A stretch of 64,000 nucleotides of DNA from Desulfomicrobium sp. (lineage in GTDB: Bacteria > Desulfobacterota > Desulfovibrionia > Desulfovibrionales > Desulfomicrobiaceae). Below, piece after piece: positions 39,338 through 48,848 of this stretch. The notes beneath the pieces are model-generated. The model made no database searches and was not told where the DNA came from. It worked only from the letters and a program-made list of their open reading frames with translations. A program made the position numbers and the translations under genes. Position 1 is the first letter of the stretch. The number at the start of each line of letters is the position of its first letter. The DNA is taken from positions 352,001-416,000 of the forward strand of contig JAXGMI010000001.1 in assembly GCA_040768745.1 (NCBI GenBank). Reading direction: 5' to 3'.

Positions 39338-39664
39338 GAGCCATTCCGATATGAAAAAGGCCGCTTCACGCGGCCTTTTTCTGGTGCAGTGAACATGCCG
39401 ATGGATCTGGGGGACCGGGGCGACCTCTCCGGCGGCCGTCTGCAGGCTTTCAGAAACGCTCTGGGGGAAGAAAAGGGGCGCCCGATCATCATCTATTGCC
39501 GTGATTTTCGCTGAATGCTCAGCGAGATCGCCGCAGCCTGGGCCGTGCGCCTGGGGTACACCAACGTCATCCGCTACCCGGCGGGATACCGGACCTGGGA
39601 GGAAGAGGCGCGGAAAACCGCCCCAGCTACGATTCCTCCCGTCGCCCAATGGCCGCCCCAATAA
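39338..39664 (+). pseudogene. Remnant of a rhodanese-like (seleno)protein gene with in-frame TGA at 39512-39514
   Basis: Readthrough translation: EPFRYEKG...GAVNMPMD...IIIYCRDFR*MLSEIAAAWAVRLGYTNVIRYPAGYRTW; rhodanese motifs on both sides of the TGA in one frame; N-terminus missing. Confidence 0.7.
39353..39381. terminator. Bidirectional rho-independent terminator after res
   Basis: Perfect 12-bp inverted repeat gaaaaaggccgc-ttcac-gcggcctttttc. Confidence 0.8.
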
Positions 39665-39694
39665 CTGGGCATGCAAAAAGCTGAGAAGCTCATC

Positions 39695-40237
39695 ATGAAG
39701 CACTTGTTTTCTGTCCTCGCGCTCCTCGTTGGCGTCCTGGCCCTCCAGAGCCAGGCATGCTGTTCTGATACACTGGGAAGAAGTGAGCGCCTCGCATTGG
39801 AGAATGCGTGGATGACATTCCTTGAGGCAGTATCAAAGAATGACATTATGAAAATTAGGCGTATTTCTCACTGTTCAATTCGCTGCCTCCTGTGCGTTGA
39901 CAATACAAAGGAAGAAGAAAAAGAACTGGAGCGATTTATGGAAAGGGAACAGGGATGGTACAATAAACTCTATGCAGAAAGAATATTCATCCCCATCGAC
40001 CAGTTCTGCAAAAATGACTTTCCTCTCCTCTTCACAACTGCATTCATCGAAAAATTGAAAAGCGGCAAACCAACGTTCATCCTGGAACAGATCAATGGCG
40101 AAAAAGTATACGAGGTGCTCATTCCAACATCGCAACCGGAGGAACTCGCCCGGGGCCACGAAGGCCGCCTGCATGTCTTCCAATTCATCAAAGCGAAAAA
40201 CGCCTACAAGTTCTGGGGGGTAGATACAGTCCCGTAG
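39695..40237 (+). CDS. Hypothetical exported protein
   Basis: Signal-peptide-like MKHLFSVLALLVGVLALQSQA; AT-rich coding sequence. Confidence 0.65.
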   Translation: MKHLFSVLALLVGVLALQSQACCSDTLGRSERLALENAWMTFLEAVSKNDIMKIRRISHCSIRCLLCVDNTKEEEKELERFMEREQGWYNKLYAERIFIPIDQFCKNDFPLLFTTAFIEKLKSGKPTFILEQINGEKVYEVLIPTSQPEELARGHEGRLHVFQFIKAKNAYKFWGVDTVP

Positions 40238-40308
40238 TTCATGACCACCGTTTCGCGGGAATCACCATCCCCCTGCATGCAGGCTCTCCTCCAACCCTGT
40301 TCATCCTC

Positions 40309-40353
40309 CCGGGTTGACCCTGGTCAACCCGGCTGATATTTTGGTAGGACCAA
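40309..40353 (+). promoter_or_regulatory. Putative sigma70 promoter of glcB with overlapping GntR/FadR-type operator
   Basis: TTGACC (40314)-17 nt-TATTTT (40337) with an upstream TG; TTGGT-AGG-ACCAA palindrome at 40341-40353; 11-bp inverted repeat at 40309-40332. Confidence 0.6.
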
Positions 40354-40380
40354 TTTTCACCACAACCCCAAGGAACAGCC

Positions 40381-42543
40381 ATGGCCCATGTTTCCGTAGG
40401 TGCTCTGCACGTCGCCGCCCCTTTGTATGCCTTCATCCAAACCCAGGCCACTCCGGGGACGGGCATCGATCCGGACCGGTTCTGGCGTTCCCTGGAATCG
40501 ATTCTGCGCGATCTGACTCCCCGCAACCAGGCCCTGCTGGACAAACGACAGGAACTGCAGAACAGCATTGACGCCTGGCACCTGCAGAGACGTGGCCAGG
40601 CCCATGACGCCGGAGCCTATGCCCAGTTCCTGCGCGACATCGGCTACATCGTCCCCCATGGTGAACCCTTTGCCATCGGCACCACGGGGGTTGACCCGGA
40701 AATTTCCTCCCTTGCCGGTCCTCAACTGGTGGTGCCGGCCACCAACGCCCGCTACGCCCTGAACGCGGCCAACGCCCGCTGGGGAAGCCTGTACGACGCC
40801 CTGTACGGCACCGACGTCCTGCCCGAGGATGGCGGCGCCACGCGGGGCGGCCCCTACAATCCCGTGCGCGGGGCCAAGGTCATGGAATACGCCGCGTCCT
40901 TCCTGGACAAGGCCCTGACCCTGACCCACGGCAGCCACGCGCAGGTGACCGAATACCGCCTGGTCCAGCGCGGAAGGGCCTGGGAGGTGGAGTTCGTCCT
41001 TCCAACCGGCGCCACGACACTCAGAAATCAGGCCGCCTTCGCCGGATTCGCGCCGGGCGCACTGCTCTTTGTCAACAACGGACTGCACATCGAACTGCGT
41101 CTCGACCGCACCCACCCCATTGGCGCGGCCCATCCGGCCGGCTTGAAGGATGTGGTCCTGGAAGCGGCCATGACCACCATCGTCGACTTCGAGGATTCCA
41201 TCGCCGCCGTGGACGGCGAGGACAAGGCCCTGACCTACGCCAACTGGCTGGGGCTCATGCGCGGGGACCTGCAGGCCACCTTCTCCAAGGGCGGGGGCAC
41301 GCTGCAGCGCAGCCTGAATCCGGACCGGGCCTACACGGCCCCGGACGGATCGATGCTGACCCTGCACGGCCGAAGCCTCCTGCTGGTGCGCAACGTCGGC
41401 CATCTGATGACCACGGACGCCGTGCTCCTGGACGGGAGGGAAATCCCCGAAGGCATCCTCGATGCCATGGTCACCGGGCTCATGGCCCACCACGACCTCA
41501 AGTGCCTGGGCCGCTACCGCAACAGCCGCGCGGGCAGCGTGTACATCGTCAAGCCCAAGATGCACGGACCCGGGGAAGTGGCCTTTGCCTGCGACCTCTT
41601 CGACCGGGTCGAGGACGCCGTGGGACTTCCCCGGCACACCATGAAGATCGGCATCATGGACGAGGAGCGGAGGACTTCGGTCAACCTGGCCGAATGCATC
41701 CGCCAGGCCCGGGACCGGGTCATCTTCATCAACACCGGATTCCTGGACCGCACCGGCGACGAGATCCACACCAGCATGGAAGCCGGCCCCATGGTGCCCA
41801 AGGCGGCCATGAAGAACCAGCGCTGGATTCTGGCCTACGAGGACTGGAACGTGGACACGGGCCTGGCCTGCGGCTTCTCGGGCAAGGCCCAGATCGGCAA
41901 GGGCATGTGGGCCATGCCCGACCGCATGCGCCAGATGGTCGAGACCAAGCAGGCCCACCCCCTGGCCGGGGCCAACTGCGCCTGGGTGCCCTCGCCCACG
42001 GCCGCGACCCTGCACGCCATGCACTACCACGAGGTGGACGTCTTCGCCCGCCAGGCCGAACTCGCCGGCAAGGCCAGGGCCTCCCTGGACGACCTGCTGA
42101 CTCTGCCGCTGCTGGACGGGAAACTTGCGCCGGAAGAGATCCAGCGCGAACTGGACAACAACTGCCAGGGCATCCTGGGCTACGTGGTCCGCTGGGTGGA
42201 CCAGGGCATCGGCTGCTCCAAGGTGCCGGACATCACGGACACGGGCCTCATGGAGGACCGCGCCACCCTGCGCATCTCCAGCCAGTACATCGCCAACTGG
42301 CTGCACCACGGCCTGTGCACGCCGGAGCAGGTCCGCGAAACCCTCAAGCGCATGGCCGCCGTGGTCGACCGTCAGAACCACGGCGACCCGGCCTACCGCC
42401 CCATGGCCCCGGACTTCGAGGCCAGCGAGGCCTTCCGGGCCGCCAAGGACCTCATCTTCAAGGGCATCCAGCAGCCGAGTGGCTACACCGAGCCCATCCT
42501 GCACGCCAGGAGACGGGCGCGCAAAGCCAAAGACCTCAAATAA
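40381..42543 (+). CDS. glcB: Malate synthase G
   Basis: [54 protein letters not shown] and [12 protein letters not shown] motifs; 720 aa. Confidence 0.97.
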   Translation: MAHVSVGALHVAAPLYAFIQTQATPGTGIDPDRFWRSLESILRDLTPRNQALLDKRQELQNSIDAWHLQRRGQAHDAGAYAQFLRDIGYIVPHGEPFAIGTTGVDPEISSLAGPQLVVPATNARYALNAANARWGSLYDALYGTDVLPEDGGATRGGPYNPVRGAKVMEYAASFLDKALTLTHGSHAQVTEYRLVQRGRAWEVEFVLPTGATTLRNQAAFAGFAPGALLFVNNGLHIELRLDRTHPIGAAHPAGLKDVVLEAAMTTIVDFEDSIAAVDGEDKALTYANWLGLMRGDLQATFSKGGGTLQRSLNPDRAYTAPDGSMLTLHGRSLLLVRNVGHLMTTDAVLLDGREIPEGILDAMVTGLMAHHDLKCLGRYRNSRAGSVYIVKPKMHGPGEVAFACDLFDRVEDAVGLPRHTMKIGIMDEERRTSVNLAECIRQARDRVIFINTGFLDRTGDEIHTSMEAGPMVPKAAMKNQRWILAYEDWNVDTGLACGFSGKAQIGKGMWAMPDRMRQMVETKQAHPLAGANCAWVPSPTAATLHAMHYHEVDVFARQAELAGKARASLDDLLTLPLLDGKLAPEEIQRELDNNCQGILGYVVRWVDQGIGCSKVPDITDTGLMEDRATLRISSQYIANWLHHGLCTPEQVRETLKRMAAVVDRQNHGDPAYRPMAPDFEASEAFRAAKDLIFKGIQQPSGYTEPILHARRRARKAKDLK

Positions 42544-42554
42544 GACTCCACAAC

Positions 42555-42584
42555 GCGAAAGGGGCGGAAATTCCGCCCCTTCGC
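42555..42584. terminator. Hairpin between convergent glcB and LysE genes
   Basis: aaggggcgga-aat-tccgcccctt inverted repeat. Confidence 0.75.
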
Positions 42585-42586
42585 CG

Positions 42587-43228
42587 TTACAGCACCCGCC
42601 GCGCCTCCTGCCACAGGATCGAGCACCCGACCCCGCCGAAGATCACCCCCACCGCGCCATCGATCCAGCGCGCCAAGCCCGCGTACATGTACCGCATCCG
42701 CCCGGTGGACAGAAACAGGGCCAGGAGCGTGAACCAGGCCGTGACGATGACGATGACCTCGGCCCCGTAGATCCAGCGCACCGCGCCGGGCGTGTCCGGG
42801 GTCATGAACTGGGAGAAGATGCTGAGGAAAAAGAGGGCCGCCTTGGGGTTGAGCAGGTTGCACCAGAACCCTTCGCGCCAGCCGCGCAGGGGGGAGGCAT
42901 TGACCTTGGCCGGCTGGGCCAGATCGCACATCCCGGGCATCCCCTGTGGCCGACTGAAAAGGCACCGCACCGCGATGGAGAGCAGATAGAGTGCGCCGCA
43001 AACGCGGATCAGGCCGAACACGGCCGGGCTGGAGGCGATGACCAGGGCCAGCCCCAACACGGAGTAGACCACGTGCACCACCAGGGCCGATCCGATGCCC
43101 AGGGCGGTCATGACTCCGGCCAGGCGGCCACGGGACAGGCTGTTCCTGAGCACCATGAAGAAATCCGGGCCCGGCGCCACGGCCACGGCCACACCCACCG
43201 CAAAAACCTGCATGAACCCGCTGTCCAC
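42587..43228 (-). CDS. LysE/RhtB family translocator
   Basis: APGPDFFMV...G.LAG, GALYL and GFWCNLLNPKAALFF motifs; GTG start after GGAGG. Confidence 0.9.
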   Translation of the reverse strand: MDSGFMQVFAVGVAVAVAPGPDFFMVLRNSLSRGRLAGVMTALGIGSALVVHVVYSVLGLALVIASSPAVFGLIRVCGALYLLSIAVRCLFSRPQGMPGMCDLAQPAKVNASPLRGWREGFWCNLLNPKAALFFLSIFSQFMTPDTPGAVRWIYGAEVIVIVTAWFTLLALFLSTGRMRYMYAGLARWIDGAVGVIFGGVGCSILWQEARRVL

Positions 43229-43544
43229 AAATGCCCTCCCGGCCTGCACCCTAGTTTTGTCTTCGCTCCCAACAGAACAGGCCGCCGGCCAGCCCGGATT
43301 TGAACTGTTTCACGGCGGCCATGCACACCCGACGCAACCTGCAGGGCAACCCGTCCGCTGGGAGCCCGGTCGATGTAAAACCCTTGGGGCCTGCTGTCCA
43401 GACCCCTGCGGGCTGATTCGACCTCCATGTCCCGCCCCGGATCATGGTCCGCAATTCGGTCTTGTCATTTGGACCCCAAGCGGATAAGGAAGCGTGTCTT
43501 TCACCCCCCAAAACCGTTGAACACAGAGAAGGTATCCGTTTTAT

Positions 43545-43763
43545 ATGGCCAAGGAAGAGTCAATTGAAGTCGAAGGTGTCGTCGAGGAAGCCATGCCCAA
43601 TGCCATGTTCCTGGTCCGTCTGGAAAATGGGCACCAGGTTCTGGGGCATATTTCCGGCAAGATGCGCAAGTTCTATATCCGCATCCTTCCTGGCGACCGG
43701 GTCAAGGTGGAACTCTCCCCCTACGACCTGACCCGTGGTCGCATCACATACCGCTTCAAATAA
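43545..43763 (+). CDS. infA: Translation initiation factor IF-1
   Basis: [11 protein letters not shown]...[36 protein letters not shown]. Confidence 0.98.
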   Translation: MAKEESIEVEGVVEEAMPNAMFLVRLENGHQVLGHISGKMRKFYIRILPGDRVKVELSPYDLTRGRITYRFK

Positions 43764-43784
43764 TTTCCCGTATTGCACCGACCT

Positions 43785-43824
43785 GAAACGGCATGTGCCC
43801 TGGCCCATGCCGTTTCGTGTTTTC
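43785..43824 (+). terminator. Probable terminator after infA
   Basis: 11-bp inverted repeat gaaacggcatg / catgccgtttc followed by gtgtttt. Confidence 0.65.
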
Positions 43825-43910
43825 CGACCCCTGGTCGGCAACCCTGCCAGTCGAACTGCCCAATCGTCCCAAACGGCATGCAATCAGGATTTCCGGACGG
43901 GCCGCTCCCC

Positions 43911-44324
43911 TCAGCGTTCGTACTCCCCTGACCGCTCGGGCTGATACACCACTTCCTCGATCTGCACCCGCAGCACCCCCCCTCCGGGCCTGGGCCACTG
44001 GATCTCGTCGCCCTGGGAAAGGCCCAGCAGGGCGCTGCCCACCGGAGCCAGGATGGAAATGGTCTTTCCTTCGGCGTCGGGCGTACCAGGGTAGACCAGG
44101 GTCAGACAAAACTCCTCTCCGGAAGGCTGGATCCTGAATTTCACCTTGGAGTTCATGGTCACCACCGTGCCCGGCACCTCTCTGGGATCCACGATCTGGG
44201 CCCGTTCCAGTTCGTCCTCCAGGTCCGCCTTGCCGGGAAACGCGTCCTTGGGCAGGGAGTCCAGCAGGATTTCGAGACGTTCCGCATCAAGAGAAGTAAT
44301 GATGATGTGCGGTTTGGTGTTCAT
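43911..44324 (-). CDS. rnk: Regulator of nucleoside diphosphate kinase (GreA/B-like C-domain)
   Basis: IIITSLDAERL, ELERA, VVTMNS, LVYP, ISILAPVGSALLG and YQPE motifs. Confidence 0.93.
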   Translation of the reverse strand: MNTKPHIIITSLDAERLEILLDSLPKDAFPGKADLEDELERAQIVDPREVPGTVVTMNSKVKFRIQPSGEEFCLTLVYPGTPDAEGKTISILAPVGSALLGLSQGDEIQWPRPGGGVLRVQIEEVVYQPERSGEYER

Positions 44325-44543
44325 GGTCGACCTCTGTGCTTATTGTCATTTTGTCCATGCCCCGAAAGCGGAGGTCCTTGGGGCCGACCCCTGGAAGGTC
44401 GCCCCTCGTCCTAGAACGAACGAGGATTCGCAGTATCCGGAGATTGCGGGGGGGTGTGAACTGGACGGCGGTTCCCCGAAAACACGCCGCAGAATCGCAA
44501 AGGTGCAATCGCCAGGAAGGATGGTCCCCGTGAGTGCGCGGGA

Positions 44544-45074
44544 TCAGAGCCCCTTGCGTTCGAACCAGCGGAAGAGGGCCAGCACCACCGGGATGAAAAC
44601 TGCGATGACGACCCAGGGCGATACGCCCAATACCTCTGGCAGCCCGATCTTGCCGAGATCGGCCCAGGCCAGGACAGTTGATTTGAACACGGGATAGAGC
44701 TCGGCGTAAATGGCCGCCCCGGCCAGCATGCCGGCAATGGCGAAAATGGCATGCCAGCGTCCTTCCCCCAGGGCCCCCACAGAGGTCCCCGGACAGAAGC
44801 CCATGACGGCCCAGCCCGCGCCGAACAGGGCTCCTCCGACCAGAATGGCGCCCACATTCATGGGCTTGTGGCTCAGGGTGATGACGCCCGCGCCGGACAG
44901 CAGGGCGACCCCGACCATGCCGACGACAATGGCCGACAACATGAATTTGAGGATGGTCATGTCCTTCAGCAGCATGGCCCCGACCTGCTTGTCGAAACGC
45001 AGGACCCGGCCCTTCTGCAGCAGAAAACCGAAAAGGATGCCGGTGACCAGTCCCAGAATTTCGTCCGTGCCCAT
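44544..45074 (-). CDS. YeeE/YedE family membrane protein (sulfur-compound transporter)
   Basis: GILFGFLLQKG and GGALFGAGWAVMGFCPGT motifs. Confidence 0.88.
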   Translation of the reverse strand: MGTDEILGLVTGILFGFLLQKGRVLRFDKQVGAMLLKDMTILKFMLSAIVVGMVGVALLSGAGVITLSHKPMNVGAILVGGALFGAGWAVMGFCPGTSVGALGEGRWHAIFAIAGMLAGAAIYAELYPVFKSTVLAWADLGKIGLPEVLGVSPWVVIAVFIPVVLALFRWFERKGL

Positions 45075-45616
45075 CACTGCTTCCTCCCGTAAACGAATGC
45101 CGCCACGATAATGCCCACCGCAAAGAACATGGTCAGGGCGACCAGGGCGCTGACCGAAAGCTGCATCATCCCGCTCAACCCGTGGCCGCTGGGACAGCCG
45201 TCCGCCATCCTGGCGCCAACCATGGCCACGATGCCCCCGAAAAAAGCGCCCGCGGCCCTCTTGCCTACAGAAGGCCCGAAATGTTTCTCCCACACCGGAG
45301 GAACAGCTTCCAGCTTGAAGCTCTTGTCCGTGGCCGAGGCGATGAACGAACCGACAAAAATACCCAACACCAGCATGAATTGCCAATCAACCCGGACCTT
45401 TTCCTTCACGAAGTATTCGTTGGCCTGCACGTGTTCCGGCGCGACCTGCTGGACCATCAGGCCCGCCCCGCGCACAAAGGTTGTCGAGGCCCCCAGATAG
45501 CTCGTTTTGCCCAGCCATGTGGTCGTGGCGTAGGCGGAAAAGATGGCCAGCAATCCGACCAGAGCCCCTGCCAGATACGGGCTCCACCCTCCATCGCCGG
45601 ATTTCTTCAGATCCAT
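45074..45616 (-). CDS. YeeE/YedE family membrane protein (thiosulfate transporter-like)
   Basis: WSPYLAG, LGASTT and GARMADGCPSGHGLSG motifs; AAGGAGG RBS. Confidence 0.88.
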   Translation of the reverse strand: MDLKKSGDGGWSPYLAGALVGLLAIFSAYATTTWLGKTSYLGASTTFVRGAGLMVQQVAPEHVQANEYFVKEKVRVDWQFMLVLGIFVGSFIASATDKSFKLEAVPPVWEKHFGPSVGKRAAGAFFGGIVAMVGARMADGCPSGHGLSGMMQLSVSALVALTMFFAVGIIVAAFVYGRKQ

Positions 45617-45803
45617 ATGCACACCTCCTTGATTTGAAAAGGAACATCACAGCAGGCCGCGAGACCACCCTGGCCTTGGAAGCAGCATCCGCCTGTTTTT
45701 GTATCATACACCAAAAACAGGCAAAATGGGAGCCCCCTGTTCGCACCGGATCAGACCCAGACCGACGCATGGCCGGGTTCAGGACTGGACAGGGACTTCA
45801 ACC

Positions 45804-48719
45804 CTACAAAATCCGACAGGTCCTGGCCAGGGACAGACCCTGGGATCCGGCCTTGGCCAAGGCCTCCTCGCCTCCAAGAACGCAGACCAGGCCTGCGGCG
45901 CAGGCCTCGCGCAACGCTGCCCCGAATGCCCGCACATGTTCGGGTCCCGTCCCGAGGACTTCGTCCCGGACACGCTGACGGGTGGCCGCGGTCACCCCGG
46001 CCAGATGCAGGTTCAGGGCGGTGAAGCCCTTGGCGTCGGGCAGCTGGTAGGGGTCCAGGTCTCCGGAGGTACCGATGATGGCCTTGAGCAGCTCATCCTG
46101 GTCCAGACTGCCCTTTTCCAGAAAGGCTGCGCAGCCGTCAAAGGCCTTCAGGGTGGCGACAATGTTGGGATCGCGGTACGAGCCGAACGTCATCAGCCCC
46201 GAAAGACGGCCGAAGTTGCAGAATCCCCCGTAGGCGCCGCCCAGCACGCGCACTTGCTCCCACAGCCAGGTGGTGCGCAGGTACTTGCTCGCCACCAGGC
46301 TCGAGCCGTGAAACCTGTAACCGGTCTGGTTCAGGTCGCAGACCTTGCCCACGTAATTGACCTGGGCGGGAATGAGGAGCCCTTCGTCGAGACGTGCGTC
46401 CAGTCCGGCCCAGGAAGGTGTGGAAGGCTCTGCCCTGGGCAGGGCCTCCAGGAAATCCCGGAACCGGCCTTCGTGCTCACGCAGCATGGGTTCGCCCAGG
46501 GTCAGGTTCAGGATCGCCCCCTTGCCATGCACGATGGTCTGCCGGATGGCCTCCAGGTCCTCCAGTACGCCCTGCCAGTCCTGATCCACCCGCCGGGCCA
46601 GTTCGCGCAGGAAGAAAAGGTTTTCGATCCCACCCATGCGCTCCTGCAGGCGGTCGGCCTGATTGAAGCGGGAACGCAGGCGCAGACCCACGAAATGATG
46701 ACCAGAGGGGATCAGGGCCTGCTCCAGCCCGGCCTTCTCCTCCAGCAGCATCTGCCGGAACCGCTCCCGGTCATCGAAACGGGCCAGCAACAGGGCGTCG
46801 CGCACAATATCGAGCATATCCCCCACCCGGGCGGACACTGCCTTGGCCCGCACCACCATTCTGGCCACGGGGTCCGGGCTTTCTTCCCGCTGGGACAGCA
46901 GGCTGCGGGCATACACTCCGCCGGTCTTGCTGTTGATGCGTTTGGAAAAGGACACGTAACTTTCCCTGGTCGTGCCCATCTCGGTCAGCGCCCGACCGAA
47001 GAGGGGGACCAGGGGAACGAGCCGGTCCGGCATCCCGGACAGGTCCAGGGCCAGATCCAGGTAGCAGATGTTGTTGGTCGGCAGATCGTGGATCAGGACC
47101 GTGGCGAGGTCCCACTGCCCGATTTCCGTGGGTACGGTACGGACCTGGGGATCGATATCCTCCCGGCCCAGCATGGGAATGGAGGCCAGGGCCTCGGCTG
47201 GGTCAGGCGTCTCCTGCATCCGGCGCAGCACCTGGGTCTTTCGCACCAGGTCCTCGTCGTGCAGTTCAGAACTTGCCTCGCGCAGGGAGCGTATCCGCTC
47301 TTGCTCCTCGGCCTCGACCCGGGCCGAGTGTTCGGCCTTGGGCTCCAGCAGGACCACGGTGCGGTGTTTGTTGTCCAAGATATGGCGGCGGATCAGATCC
47401 TCAAAGACCTTCTCACCGTCGGCCAGGCGCGACTTGAGGCTGGCCAGGGGGGCCTCGAACGCGACCAGGTCCAGGGGATCCCGGTCGTAGAGCCATGAAC
47501 CCAGAGCCCGCAGCATGACGATGAGGCCGCGCGGGTAGGACCCGGTGTTGTTTTCACGCAGGTCGAACTCCGCGGAATTGATCCCCGCCTCGATCAGGTC
47601 CGCCTCGAACCCGCTGCCCGCGATCTGCTGCAGGGTTTGAACGATGAGGTTCTGCACGGCCTCGAAATTCTCGGGCCGTACCCCCTTCATGCCCACGGAA
47701 TAGTACATCTGCGCCATCTCGTGCTCCACGCCGGCCCCGGTCAGGTCTTCGCCCAGCCCCGATTCGATCAAGGCCTTGCGCAGAGGGGAGGCGTTCATCC
47801 CGGTCAGCAGGGAGTCCAGGATCTTGCAGGCCAGGACCGTTTCCGGATCCGCCTTGCCGGGCAGCAGCCAGTTCATGGTCAACATGCCCAGGGCCTCGTC
47901 CCCCTCGCCCGCGGCCTCGAAGGCCCGGCGCAGGACCCGCCCATGTGGTTGGAAAGGCTGTTCGAAGACGTCCGAAGCCACGTCCGCAGCCTCGAACTGG
48001 TCCAGATATGCGCGCACCTTCTCCAGTCGCGCCGTGGGATCGTCGTCTCCGTAAAAGAAGATCCAGGCATTGGACGGATGGTAGTGGGTGCGGTGGAAGG
48101 CAAGGAACTGATCATAGGTCAGGTCTGGGATGACCCTGGGGTCCCCGCCAGAGTCCAGTCCGTAGGTCGTGTCCGGAAAAAGGGACTGCTGGGAAAGTTC
48201 GGACAGCTGCGAATCGGGCGAGGAATAGACGCCCTTCATCTCGTTGTAGACCACGCCTTTGATGGCCAGCGGCTCGCCCAAGGCCTCCAGGTCCAGATGC
48301 CAGCCCTCCTGCTCGAAGATCTCGCGGGTGATGCGCGGAAAAAAGACCGCGTCCAGGTAGACATCCATCAGGTTGTAGAAGTCCTTCAGGTTCTGGCTGG
48401 CTACGGGATAGCAGGTCTTGTCCGGGTAGGTCATGGCGTTGAGAAAGGTCTGCAGCGAACCCTTCAAGAGCTCCACAAAAGGCTCCTTGACGGGATACTT
48501 GCGCGACCCGCACAGGACGGAATGCTCCAGGATGTGGGCCACGCCCGTGGAATCGCCGGGCGGGGTGCGGAAGGTGATGCCGAAGACCTTGTTTTCGTCC
48601 GTGTTGCGCACGGACAGGATGCGGGCCCCGGTCCTGTCATGCACAAAAAGATCTGCCTCGGAGGCGATTTCCAGTATATGCTTGGTCCAAATTCGTGTGA
48701 AGCCGCTGGGTGTGGTCAT
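45804..48719 (-). CDS. M16C insulinase-family (presequence protease-like) metallopeptidase
   Basis: HILEHSVLCGS (HxxEH), FLNAMTYPDKT, GVVYNEMKG, VRVLGGAYG and SYRDPN motifs. Confidence 0.95.
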   Translation of the reverse strand: MTTPSGFTRIWTKHILEIASEADLFVHDRTGARILSVRNTDENKVFGITFRTPPGDSTGVAHILEHSVLCGSRKYPVKEPFVELLKGSLQTFLNAMTYPDKTCYPVASQNLKDFYNLMDVYLDAVFFPRITREIFEQEGWHLDLEALGEPLAIKGVVYNEMKGVYSSPDSQLSELSQQSLFPDTTYGLDSGGDPRVIPDLTYDQFLAFHRTHYHPSNAWIFFYGDDDPTARLEKVRAYLDQFEAADVASDVFEQPFQPHGRVLRRAFEAAGEGDEALGMLTMNWLLPGKADPETVLACKILDSLLTGMNASPLRKALIESGLGEDLTGAGVEHEMAQMYYSVGMKGVRPENFEAVQNLIVQTLQQIAGSGFEADLIEAGINSAEFDLRENNTGSYPRGLIVMLRALGSWLYDRDPLDLVAFEAPLASLKSRLADGEKVFEDLIRRHILDNKHRTVVLLEPKAEHSARVEAEEQERIRSLREASSELHDEDLVRKTQVLRRMQETPDPAEALASIPMLGREDIDPQVRTVPTEIGQWDLATVLIHDLPTNNICYLDLALDLSGMPDRLVPLVPLFGRALTEMGTTRESYVSFSKRINSKTGGVYARSLLSQREESPDPVARMVVRAKAVSARVGDMLDIVRDALLLARFDDRERFRQMLLEEKAGLEQALIPSGHHFVGLRLRSRFNQADRLQERMGGIENLFFLRELARRVDQDWQGVLEDLEAIRQTIVHGKGAILNLTLGEPMLREHEGRFRDFLEALPRAEPSTPSWAGLDARLDEGLLIPAQVNYVGKVCDLNQTGYRFHGSSLVASKYLRTTWLWEQVRVLGGAYGGFCNFGRLSGLMTFGSYRDPNIVATLKAFDGCAAFLEKGSLDQDELLKAIIGTSGDLDPYQLPDAKGFTALNLHLAGVTAATRQRVRDEVLGTGPEHVRAFGAALREACAAGLVCVLGGEEALAKAGSQGLSLARTCRIL

Positions 48720-48848
48720 GAGGTATCCTCGAAACAGGTTGCGCATAGGAGCCGCGGGAACACGGCCCGGGGCCATTTCCCTTTGCAAGGCGGAACGCTT
48801 TCTGTAAAGTCCGGAACGGTAAAGTCAACGGCAAACGAGGAGAAGACC

